Shown here piece by piece: positions 38,601-50,300 of a DNA stretch of 64,000 nucleotides. A model generated the notes under the pieces. The model was not told the origin of the DNA and ran no database searches. It saw only the letters and a program-made list of their open reading frames with translations. The translations under genes were made by a program, and so were the position numbers. This DNA is from Catajapyx aquilonaris (taxonomy: Eukaryota). Positions within the stretch are counted from its first letter, which is position 1. Each line of letters begins with the position of its first letter. The stretch covers positions 1 to 64,000 of the forward strand of contig KZ538517.1 in NCBI GenBank assembly GCA_000934665.2, written 5' to 3'.

Positions 38601-40880
38601 TGGAATCCGACTCTTTTCACCTGACTACATCTCTGTTGTAACCTACTTATTGTCAGGCACGTCACAAATAAATACTGTACAGTTATGAGGAGTAGCAGTT
38701 AGTAGCGCCATACGAACAACCGGAACTAGTCGAACCTATCGGACCATTCATATCTTCCATATCAGACTATTCAACCTCGCTTCTTCTTCCACGTAATTTT
38801 GACATAATGTCACAACCTGTCTCAATGAATTTGATGGGTGATGACCATGTAGGACACCGCGTTGACAATTTATTCAAACATCCTGAGGCCATTACGGATG
38901 TTGAACCTCATGTTGCAGCCTCCGGTCGTCCCTTGCCCTCCAAAACAACACAACCCCTAAGGGTAAGGGTGTGCCAAAAAAGACGTACATCCACCTGTGA
39001 GTCAACGAATCGCGTCACTAAACTGAATCAGCATAAAGGGGTTTCTTGTTTCGCAACTTTTTTTTTGCACAGTCTGTCACCTAACTGACGCAGTTATTAT
39101 TACGCTTGTTTTCAAACCCAGCAGAAACTGTCTCCTGATAGCCACACTTAAAGAGGATGTGGCTGTGAATGGGACTGTAAATTTGGAGCTTCCGAGGCAC
39201 CGGCGCCATATTTCTGCGAATGTGTGTGAGTGTGCGACACCCACACATAGTCATTAATATCCAGCCATCCTGTGGTTCAAAGTACTGTAACGCTCACTCA
39301 TTCACACTCACACATGGTCTGAAAGAGGGTTCTTCCGCTGACCAAATGCCTAAGCAATGAAGTGTTGGGTGACCTGCGCCTTGACCTGCATGCCAGAATT
39401 TCACGGTACAAATTACCACCACCAGGGTTAACACACGTTCCTTAAACTTTGAGGAAACAGCAAATTGCTCCACCGCTTTCTTACGCAAAATGTGCGCATA
39501 AAAGATAAAGGCCTTGTAAAAACTAGCCCACATTCTCCGACTTGGAAAAGTGCAACTATATAGCGTCGTCCTAATATTAGCCCACAAAGATTTGAAGTGG
39601 AATGCAGCACTGCATCTCCTAATGGCTTGTTGGAGGAGGCTTTTGAAAATAAGTGCGACATCATGTAACTGTGACGGAACGAGGCGCACTTTTGCCAGGG
39701 TTGAGTAGCATAGGCAGCCTGCTTATTAAGCAACCCGCGTCCAGTTAGGTAAAAGTTGAAAAAGCATTTAAGACGCCCATTCTTCGGTCCAGACATAAAA
39801 CTTAGAATTATCGCCGTCATGGTCTCAATGCCTAACTATTGCCCGGAAACGACTCAAGAAGGCGGTTCGTGGCCACCTTTTACACGTTCAGACAATGCAT
39901 TTCCGTATTAGTTGTTTACGAATTAAATGCTGTATTGACCAGCCAGTCGTCCGAATCATTGTGGCCATCATTATAAGAGACTTCCGCACTATAATCTAGT
40001 AATCTGAACACCTGAGTGCGTATCAGAAATTCTAGGATAACAGTGTGACGTCAGTGCAGGACAACCCTGTAACTGTAAAGTGTCATGCGTGTGCAATTAT
40101 CGCATGTTCTCCGAAACCTACAATTATCCTAATGTGTGATGTGTCGAGGCAAAACAAAAGGCTATTAAGCACGTTCGAGCGAATAAGACAAGTGACGCAT
40201 CTCCATGGACCCTGAGAATGTGCTCGCACACATAACCTCCTCATACTTGAAACAATGGAGCTCATTACGATTCACAAGCACGTAACCTGGGCCTCCCAGA
40301 TATCCAATAAAAGTCGGTCGATTAGCTTTATCGCAACCCTGAGTATCCAGCCTAATCGATCACTCAATCAATTAAAGTACTCTGCTTTCCAAGTGAAAAC
40401 ATTGCACTCCTATGCAGTTCTTCATTTAGACACGAACTCACGTGTTACGGGGAAAAAAATGGGCGGAAAGAGTCGTAACGATTGGCAGTTATCGCCAGCA
40501 TTCTTGTAAGTCACGTCTAGGTCGCTGAAACTGGCGATAAGACGGATTAGTGCAGCTCACACCTTGCTAGTGTTAGGACGTATCGCAGCTTAGATGAACA
40601 CCATGCAAAAGTTGGAACTGACTGGCGTAAGTGCGACCGCAACGTACTGTATATATAAAAAAAAGTGAAAGGGTAACAATGGTGACGATGATCCAAATTC
40701 CTGGCCTACATTACCTACGTATGATTGTTAAAATAGACATGGCCACTTCCTTCCTTCCGTCCTTCTGGATAAAACCATGCATGGGGGCGCCCCTGTTCCC
40801 TTCCGAACACCCACCACCTCCACTGTATATGTATCGTCATATGTGCACACACACACACACTCCACACTCGAGGTCCGATC

Positions 40881-42691
40881 ATGTTGGCCATAGCTAACGA
40901 AATTCACCTGACGGAGTTGGCATGCAGGGAGGAAGACGAGATTGAGCGTATCCGGGGGGTCAGTGTGTATGTGTTGTGGTTGACCCCTCCCCTCAACAAT
41001 GACCCATCCCCACAACAATGTGCATTACTTTCTTGCATTTTTGCAGAGCTACTCCAGGGAGTCCATCTACACGGTGAACCCTGTGGAGGAGGAGGAGGGT
41101 GGCGAGTGTTGTGCTGATTGTTGTAGGCCGCACAGGCGCACAAAGAAGTCCGTTATGATTGGGATTCTTGTGACGTTGGCTTGCATCACGATTGTGGTGG
41201 CCGTGCTGCTGTTCATCTATTTTGTCCTTGACGGTAAGTTATACGACAAGTGTTGTGAAGTCTCAAATGACCTTTACTATTCATATTGCAGATATAGACT
41301 TAGTTGGGACTGGAAGGAAGGCTGGAAAGCATTCGAGCGATGATGATGCAAACTTTACGTCGACGACCATGAAAGGTAGATGAAATACTGCAAATATATT
41401 TGATTTATTTTGTGGCGCGAATTTCACGTTAACAGTAAATCATGCTTTATATAACTGGCAAGGTTACCTACTTCCTTCATGCTACATGCCGGGAGGCATG
41501 AAGTAGTAAAGAGATAGCTATTTAGTGCACTGCTACTTATGAGTAGTCACATTTCTCTGATTTTATGGATCAAAACCGTTGGCCTAAGATGAAGTGCTCT
41601 GCAATGCAGTGAATAACATACTGATGATGAAATTTATATGCAGAAATCGACTGGAACACAACACTTCATTATGATGAGAAGAGTGAGGGTGATGTCAAAT
41701 TCCTGGACACCACTGTGAAGCCATTGTCGTCGTCTACTGAGCCTGCTTGGAGAGTCACCGATGCTATATCTTATTCACCGACTGCACCTGACCAAGAAAT
41801 AACATACGATGATTTCACTACTGCCACGGCCGAGGGGAGTACCAGCAGTTCGTCGGGCCCATACGTTCCAGAAGAGTCGTCATTTTCAGAGAGAATGTCA
41901 TCAACCGAAGAATATTCCTTAGAGGTGAGTCTGATGAAAGCGAATGTAAAGCATTGTTGTTATTGTGATTCTTATTTTTAGACGACGCAGCCATTCGAAA
42001 CCACAGAGGTGCCTCAAGTGACGGAAGTTCCTCCTCTTAAAAACGTCACCAACCGTGGTAAGCCCTTTATGTGACTAATACTTGTGACTAATTTATGTGA
42101 CAATGCTTTGCGCCTGTAACCTCCCAAAACGCTAAAACCCGTACACTGACATGCGCTTGATAGCTTGTGGCGTTGACGAGTTTTTCTGCACCGACGGCTC
42201 TGCTTGTATCCCTTTCGAGTTGGTATGTGACACTGAAGCCCACTGTCAGGATGGATCCGACGAGGAAGGCTGTACTGACATTGGTATGTTTGCTTTGTGT
42301 GCAAGACTGTCTGACGATGCTTTTTGTGCAATGCTTCATTTGTGATATTTTGCTCGTATGTAGTGCGCATATGATTTTGATGCATGCTGTTTGATTCAGT
42401 TTGCCAAGAGAATGACTTCCACTGCACTGGAAGTGGCATTTGCATCCCACCTGAATGGCTGTGTGATTCCAATCGGGACTGCGAGGACGGTTCTGATGAG
42501 CTCAATTGTCCCTCTCCTGGTTAGTCTGCATGAATATTGAATTATTTAAATGTACGGACACTAACTTCTGCCGATTTTTAGCCTGCCCCTCTGGCCAGCT
42601 GTTGTGCTTCGACGGTTCCTGCATCGAGCTGGACCACCTCTGCGATGGCAAGAATGACTGTTCCGACGGTGGCGACGAGAAGAACTGCTAA
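40881..42691 (+). CDS. Type II single-pass membrane protein with Ser/Thr-rich stalk and three C-terminal LDL-receptor class A repeats, about 351 aa, 8 exons
   Basis: Exons 40881-40958, 41047-41233, 41292-41375, 41644-41924, 41982-42057, 42164-42283, 42400-42519, 42582-42691 (1056 nt, GT-AG, in phase). [26 protein letters not shown] follows basic RPHRRTKK. Three LDLa exons after phase-1 introns ([48 protein letters not shown]). AATAAA at 42965-42970. Confidence 0.85.
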
Positions 42692-44474
42692 AAAGTGCTG
42701 CTCCTTTTCCAAACAGGCGTCAAGTGTCGTGCTGACGTTATAGTCGATCTGTGATTTCTTATGGCAGCTGAGTCGGCTTCCTATTTTTTAAACCCTTATT
42801 TATTTTGCAATAGGTGATGATAAGACAAATAAGTGTTGTGCCTTCGACGACGGACAGCTTTAAACGTGTGAATGTGTATTATTAGGTTTAACTCAGCTAG
42901 TTATAATGCGTAACTAATTCCGGTGTGTGAGAACTGAAAGTGAAGCGAGTGTACAGTAAGCAGAAATAAATGACATTATAGTTGTGTAACTCATCGTGTT
43001 TCTACCCTCACAACATGACAGATGCTCCTTATACAACCAAATTTTTCGAAACGAAGATAATTTTTATTATTTTTTACTATATGATTTCTTATACCGTTTT
43101 TAAACATTCCAGGATATTAACAGCTCGAGGGGAGAGAATGAGACTTATAGAATCCACATAAAAACCAATAATCACTTTGACGAAAGACTAGCTTTAGTTT
43201 CTACAGCCGTAACTTTTCACACTGGGAACATTCACTTGGATTTACTTATAAATCTCTACAGATAAACGAACCACATCTATACAGTATGTATATAGTATAT
43301 ATTTATATCTTTGTATATAAACGTCAAATGTACAAATGTCGACCCCATGTCAAGGTCGCTTCTGCTTGGAATGTTCCATTGTCGTGAGGAGGCAGTCAAG
43401 TTTCTTAGCGGCCATTTTGAGCAAACGGGTCGGTTGTTTTTTTCAAGTTTTTTTTAAGCTTTTGGTTCTGTCTGATGATAAGTTTCACGGGGCGGAAGTT
43501 AGGTTTCAACACTTGAACACAAGGATTGGGTTTCAGTTTGAAGAGGGGAGGTAGCTAGAAGAGAGGAAGTCTAATGGAAGCTCTACGATTCTATAGTTCT
43601 CAATCTACGACCAATTAGGTTATTATTAGGTGATACAACCAGTAAAAAGAAAGCAGGCAGGAAAATACATTTGAGCTCACAGTCTTTTGATCTAAATCAA
43701 TGTTCATTCCAACCCGGCCTGGAAATGAATGCCTTCAAACCTGCTACATAACACTTCAAAGGTTTCTGAAGAAATCCCTGCTTATTTTTCCATCCAAATG
43801 AAATGCAGTTAACAAATGACAATTAAGAATCTGCCACTTATCCTACTCAACGAGAACGAATCTACCAAATGGTCCTAATCTAATGGTTACCTACCGGATT
43901 TGACTCACCTTCTAAACTACGACTAGTTCATAATTTACCACATGGGAAAACAACTAGCTCTCGGAGAGTTATGAACACATCATAACTACCAGAGCTTGTA
44001 GTTCATTGGGGCGGAAGGGTTAGCTTCAATTTCGGGCTCAATTTGACATATGCATTGTTTTAGAAAGTTACAAACAATTTCTGCATTATTTGTGCTCCTT
44101 TGTTTGTTTTTTTCATGCATGTTTAAAGCAGCGTTGTAAAAATTTCGCATTATTTTAAAACAGGAGGCTTTCCATCCACGTTAAAACTTTTACCCTTTCT
44201 CGTATTGCTACACAGTGTCGTTAAACTTGCTAATTCTTCAACACAACGCTAACAGTATCACTGCAAATTGAACCAAAAAAAACGCTTGCAAAATGTTTAA
44301 AAAATTCCAGGAAAGGGTTAAATGCTTATTCCAATGGATGCCCCACGACATGAAAATATTCACAGTGCAAAAAGTGACATAAATAAAATAGGTAGAAATT
44401 CTGGCGAAAATTCCACCATCCCGTTGGGTGAGGTTTGGCACACTGAGGAAGTGAGTACGACAGGGGGAGGAAGG

Positions 44475-47312
44475 TCAGTGGCTGCTGCCCCCAGCAGGCC
44501 TCCTCAGCTCGCTCCAAGAATCGGCCCTTTGCTGCTGACCACCCGAACAAACCCCACCCCCACCCCCACCGCCGCCACCCACGCCCCCGCTCCCACCACC
44601 TTCACTGTTGTCCTGCAACAATGACTGCGACTGATCCTCCAGGCTCCTTTTCAAGTTCTCCAGGGTTCGAAGCAGCATTTGCCTCCTGAAATTGGTCGCG
44701 TCTCGTTGCTGGCGAGCCCTCTCCTCCTCCCTTCTCTGCCTCTCCTCCTCCCGAGCCTCCCTGATCTTGGCCTCCACCAGAAGACGCTCGTGACGCAGCT
44801 TCCGGATCTTCTCGCCCAAAGACGACGACGACGACTGACGCTGTTGGTCACCCGAAGCGGACCTCGCCTTCTTCCTGCCCGATTCGTCCACTTCGCCTTC
44901 CTCTTCATCTTCTTCGTCCTCCTCGTCCTCTTCATTCGGACTGTTCACTGCCCTTTGCTCCAACGACCTCTGAATGCGTTGGATGGTATCGCACGTGTAC
45001 ACCTTTCTTTTGACCGGCTCGCTCTGTGGGCAGTACCGAGGGCAGCCAGGCCCAGAATCGAGTTCAACTGAACGAAAGGCCATCAGTTGTGGAGGACGTG
45101 GGGGAATGGGAGGAGGTGATGATGATGGTGGAACAGGCAGGATAACTTTGTTGTTAGGTTCAACTTTGGGAGACTCGACTGCACTGTTTCTTCTCAACGC
45201 TGGACTTCCAACTGAAACATGGCGAACTAGAGGTGGTTTAGGATATGCTCCCTTTTCAGGTATGCTGGGAGGGGGTGGTCTGGCTAATCGCCGCGAAGCA
45301 GCCTCTTCATTGTCTGTTGAAGAGGCTGACGGAAGAGGTTCGTCGTTCTTGATCTTGGCCAGGATGACTTCAGCCTCCAGGATCAGCTCTCGGTACTTTT
45401 TGCCTGCCTCTTCGTCGGCAGCCTGAAGTTTGGCCTCGCAGTCTGTACTCATCAGAGGTTCGCTTGGATTGGTCACTGCTGCAGTTTTCGAAGGAGTTGC
45501 AGGGTCGTCTGCTTGAACGACGGCGGTCATTGATGCACGTCTGGATGATCCTTTGCGAGCGCTGCGTCTTTTAGGACGTTCTCGCCTGGAAGACACCAAC
45601 AATTTATGTCTCTGCAAATGTGTTAACCTCAACACACTCACCTACTAGATAACCTCCTTGGTACTGGCACGTAGTAGCAGTGGCCAGTGTTGACTTTGGC
45701 CAGCGACGCAAAGGCCAAAGCTTCGCTGCTTCCATCATCAATGAAGCCGAAGTCTTCGGGATCCGATTCCCCCCTGCCAGTGTCAGCACCGGGATCAGAC
45801 ACGTCTCCGTCGTGGATGTCTTCGTCGCAGTCTGTTGGGTCGCTGTCGCTGAGGATGTCAGTTTCCTTCTCGTACACGTAACTCTCGTCGTACTTTCCCA
45901 TCTCGTGAAGAGTGCAGTCATCCGACAGGGACGACGACGGTGAGGAGCTGAGGCTCTGCCGTCGACAGGGGCCAATGTGGCGACGTGGAGGCAGCTTTGG
46001 CGCCTTCTTGTGGTGGTGCCCCTTCAGAGGACTGTTGCTGCACGATGATGACAACTGCGGCAAGTGACGGTGCCTGCTGTGATGGTGGCTGTGACTGTGG
46101 TTGTGACTGTGGTGATGGTGGTGGTGGTGGTGGTTGCGACTTCGATTGTGATGGTGGCTGCGATGAAGAGGAGGAGGTGGGGTCGGAGGAGTTATTCTGT
46201 TGGGAGTAGGGGTGGCGGTAGGCGTTGGCGTAGGTGTCGGCGTCGGTGTCGGTGTCGGTGTGACACCTGGAGTAGCATACACTGAAATGAGCAAGCAAAC
46301 GTTGATTGATTACCGCTATCCTCACAGATGCTGCAATTTTGTCCTCACCATGAGCGCTGTTTCGAGCAACGTCGGCTGTGCATGGAACAGTGCTGTCGCT
46401 GGAATAAGAGCCCCTGGAGTGCCTGGTGGACTCCCCACTGCTTCCTGTACTACCCCCAGTGCCAGGAACTACTAAACTGGAGTAAGTGTTTTCCCGATGA
46501 GCCCCGAGCCACGGATTGGTCCTGATTCTGCTCCTCTGCCTGGGCGACCCCGTGGTGGCCTTCAGTTCCTGCAGGTCCTCCAGTTGGGCGAAACTGGTCC
46601 TAATGGCCGGAGCCGGTTTCCGAGCCTCGTCGACCGATTCGGTGCGACGATGCTGCTGCTGCGGCTGCTTGTTCTGTACAGAGATAGCTGAAGTCGAGTG
46701 GTTGGAGACGGCAGGTGACGGGTGACGTCGAGGAGGTGGCGGAGGAGGGGAGAGGGGCGGCGGAGGTGGTGTCGGAGCAGGCGAGGAAGGGTGCTCGTGA
46801 CACGGGGGCAACAGGCCTTGCTGTTGGCGCCCTCGTGACAGGATAAAGTGAGGAGAAGAGTGGAAGTAGTGCGTTCCGGTCCGGAGGTTGATGTAATATT
46901 CCGGAGGGAAAGAGGCGCCTGGTGAGTACCCGTGTGGTGAGGCGCCGTCAGTGGAGTAGCCGGTGGAATATGCCGACTCTGGGGAGGACAAAGTGCTGTA
47001 TGCCTGAGGAAGGACGATGCTTTGGCACGACTTTGACGGAGCCGGGTTGTTGCTCTTTTCTGGAACGCAGCTGGCCGCAGGCAACTGCTTCTTCTTGGGC
47101 GCCTTGGGACTGGTTGGGGAATTTCCAGCCGAGTCCAAGGGAGGCCTACGGGGCAGGACCATCGTAGCGCCCTTCACAATCACGACTCCTTTGCTGCCGC
47201 TACTGCCGCCGGGGGTGCCGCTGTTCATCTTCAGAGCCTCCTTCTGCCTCTTCTTCCGAGGACGCACCATGAGGTGCGCCTCCATCCACGACCTCAGCTT
47301 CAGCCCCAACAT
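44475..47312 (-). CDS. Uncharacterised, largely disordered protein with C-terminal coiled coil, about 904 aa, 3 coding exons
   Basis: Three long ORFs in different frames join through short GT-AG introns 46348-46282 (67 nt) and 45641-45586 (56 nt): exons 47312-46349, 46281-45642, 45585-44475 (2715 nt). PT and poly-His tracts, acidic block KYDESYVYEKETDILSDSDPTDC, and an E/R-rich coiled coil. An acceptor (CAGCAG) near 47353-47358 implies an upstream exon, so the start is tentative. Confidence 0.8.
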
Positions 47313-50300
47313 TCCTGCCAGTCGATTAAACCATTCCGGCCATACTCGCACTCTGCTGCAAAGAGAGGCAAAAAATATGGATTGTCATTATCACCGAGAG
47401 TAATTCCCAAGCACGAGGTTCAGGCACACCGTGAAATGTTTGGCAATAGTAGAAGCAACCGGATCGATTTGTTCCGAAGTGAATCCGCTGAAAGAGGACA
47501 GTGGCAACATTGTGTCCGGAAGAGATGCCGGCAGCAATAAGCGAGCGGCTTGGCTTGATGAAGCTGATCCCGAGACGTTCCTCCCCCTTTCTCCTCCTCC
47601 AGGGCATGTCAACCTCTCATTAAGAAGATCAGCGGGCCTTGTGGAATCCTGATTGTGCTCGAGGGGAGCCAAGGGGAAGATATATCTGCATATCACGACG
47701 AATTACTATTAATTTTTCTTCAATCAGTCCAAGGGGGCACGGGATGCTCATTAAAACGAATATAGCTGAAATGCGTGTAACCGACTCATTCTTGGGAGGT
47801 CCTTTGATTTCAACTTTTGAGATACCAAAAAGAAATGGCATATTCTTTGGGCCTTATCTAACGGATGGCGGCGGCTTTTCATCGACGACGCTTTGTAAGC
47901 CGCCGACCTAATGCAATCTGAGCGAGTATTAGCTCGTCTCTTGGCCAATTAGAAGGTCATTAGATCTGTTTGGGCGTCACCCTGCACCAAAAGACAAGGG
48001 CTTCCCCTGAAAATTGCCTTTTGTCCCGGAAGCTGGGGAACGCCTATCTGCTCAGCTGCAGCACTAAAATTAGGATCACCCGCACGCTGACAGACTCTCA
48101 GATTCAACCATCCTTTTACAAATTAAGGGCCAAAGTTCTGAAACAGGCGGAGGGTTTTTCCCAAATATTTCCGTCGCCATTTTGCAGCACCAAGTCTGTG
48201 TGATAGCTATGTGAAATATAATCACCTCGTCAAATCCTGATAGAGACAGGATTTGGGGGACACACTTACACGTGCCCGTGCCTCAAGATTGGCTGCAAGG
48301 AAATGAGTCGGAACAAAGGCCCGAGTAGTCCATCCGTCTGCTGCAAAATCCAATCCCACGCAATTACTGTAACGCTTTGGAGCAAAAGCACTACCTCACC
48401 AAGAGTATTGACTCGCATGTAGAGCAGTCTTGAGTGAACATGGTTGAGGGTGAGGGCTTGGGGGGAAATGAACTTGGGCCAGCATTCACCACTCACTCTT
48501 CAATTGCACTCCATTAGTCGCCTCAAAGGGACGAAGAGACCTCCATTTGGACTCGTGGACGTATGACGGTGACAGCCTCCATTTGCATCTCCTCTTCACA
48601 AAATATTCGGAAAAAGCCTTCTCTGTATTCAACACATGATTTACCAGGAAGTAAATAAATATGTACAGTTTATTTATTTACCGAACACTTTTCCTGCTGT
48701 GCACGCAGCCCTCCATACAATCCAGCCACTTTGGTTGCCTATAGGACAGGACAGAAGCGTGATAGTCCGAACAATCATTCTGTCAAGGGGTAATTTGCCA
48801 CCGGATTTAATTAAACCCAACCTTCCCCCATTTCCCCTAGATCAACATCCTCCTTCCATGTTTTTGCGGAAGTTCTTGGTTTCTTCTACGGCTGATTTTT
48901 GCGTCCTAATTAAAGTAGAAGCTGACGGAACACAGGCCGCGATTTTAATCTTCGTTGCTTTCAGACCCCATCTAATTTCCCTTAAAATCTCGCCCAGGAT
49001 GTTGTAGCATTTTGTTGCAATCAAATAGGAAGCTAAAATTTGCAGCATGGACTGCAAAATTGCCGCTGAGGCTTCCCCCTCATTACACACGTTCGGACGG
49101 CACAATCAATGTTTCTCCCCTCCAGCTATCCCCCCAAAAATATATATAAAAAAACAGCTCAAAAACAGCAGGAAGGTTATTCTGAAGGGTCGCAATTACA
49201 GGGGCTTAGAATTGGACACCTTTCCCCATTACACCCGATTTCACGGAATCGATCCTCCCCCCAGCAAGCCACCGCCCACCCTATACTTCCATCAGAGGAA
49301 GAAAAAAAAGAAGAGTGGCTTTGTTATTCCTCCTGAGGCGTGAAGAGAGCCGAGTCCAAATGACAAAGGAAGGGTCCAGCAGTCTTTTCCTCTCCTCCAT
49401 ATTGATTCCAGACCAGAAAGGAGCTACGACCACACTGGATTGCGAGCTTAGCCCACCGGAACAAGCCTTTCAAACTCAGCATACTCTTTATAGCTCTTTT
49501 CTTTATATTGGGCTTGAGAAATGTGAAACACAAAACAACAAAATATTGCAGGGCTATTGGGTGAAAATGGCATTTCTCACTTACGATTTAACTCACAGAA
49601 TGGACATTACTGGTACTGTAATGTACGTGAAGCATCAGTAATTGTGCTTTACAATACACTAGGGTGCAGTATACGTCCACAGGTTTAATTTTTGTTAGCC
49701 AGTAAGTACCCCATGTCTGAAAGGGTCAGATAAAGAGATTCCCCCCCNNNNNCCCCCCATCTTCTTAGGCTATTACAGGGGCAAATAACACGTGCTCAGG
49801 GGAGTTTAGGAGGGGGTTAGAGAAGAGAAAGGCTTGGTTTTAAGTAAGACAAATTCGGGAATGTGGCCCCAAGCCAATTTCTCAAAAAGGGGTTTCGTGC
49901 CCTTGCTCAGGAAGCGTTTTTAATGAGTCCCCTGCTGGATCTCCCCCAAACTCCCCCAGACTTGTTTCTCGCATTTCACGTAAGCACCTTCCAATAAAAC
50001 AAGCGATTTAAAGAATTGCGCATATAATTGCAAAGGGAGTTTAAAGGAAGGAAATTTCCAGCCTTGTAACCAGGATGTGCGGCAATTCGACCGTTTTACA
50101 TCCCACGCCTGAGGAGCTTCCTACACAATAGGATCCACTTAGGTTTGAACTTACACAAGGACGATTCTTTTCTTCTTCGATGAGCAGAGGAGCCAGACTC
50201 TTTATTCTCTACTCAGACATGTCACATCTTTTTCTTGGATTGTAAGTTCTAACAAAGGCAACTGATGTTCCCGGGGTTACCACTTTTGTAAGCCAATTTT

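Noticed and set aside
44475..47351. Three overlapping minus-strand ORFs suggesting programmed frameshifting or a pseudogene
   Set aside because: Two short GT-AG introns (67 and 56 nt) with matching phases fully explain the frame changes.
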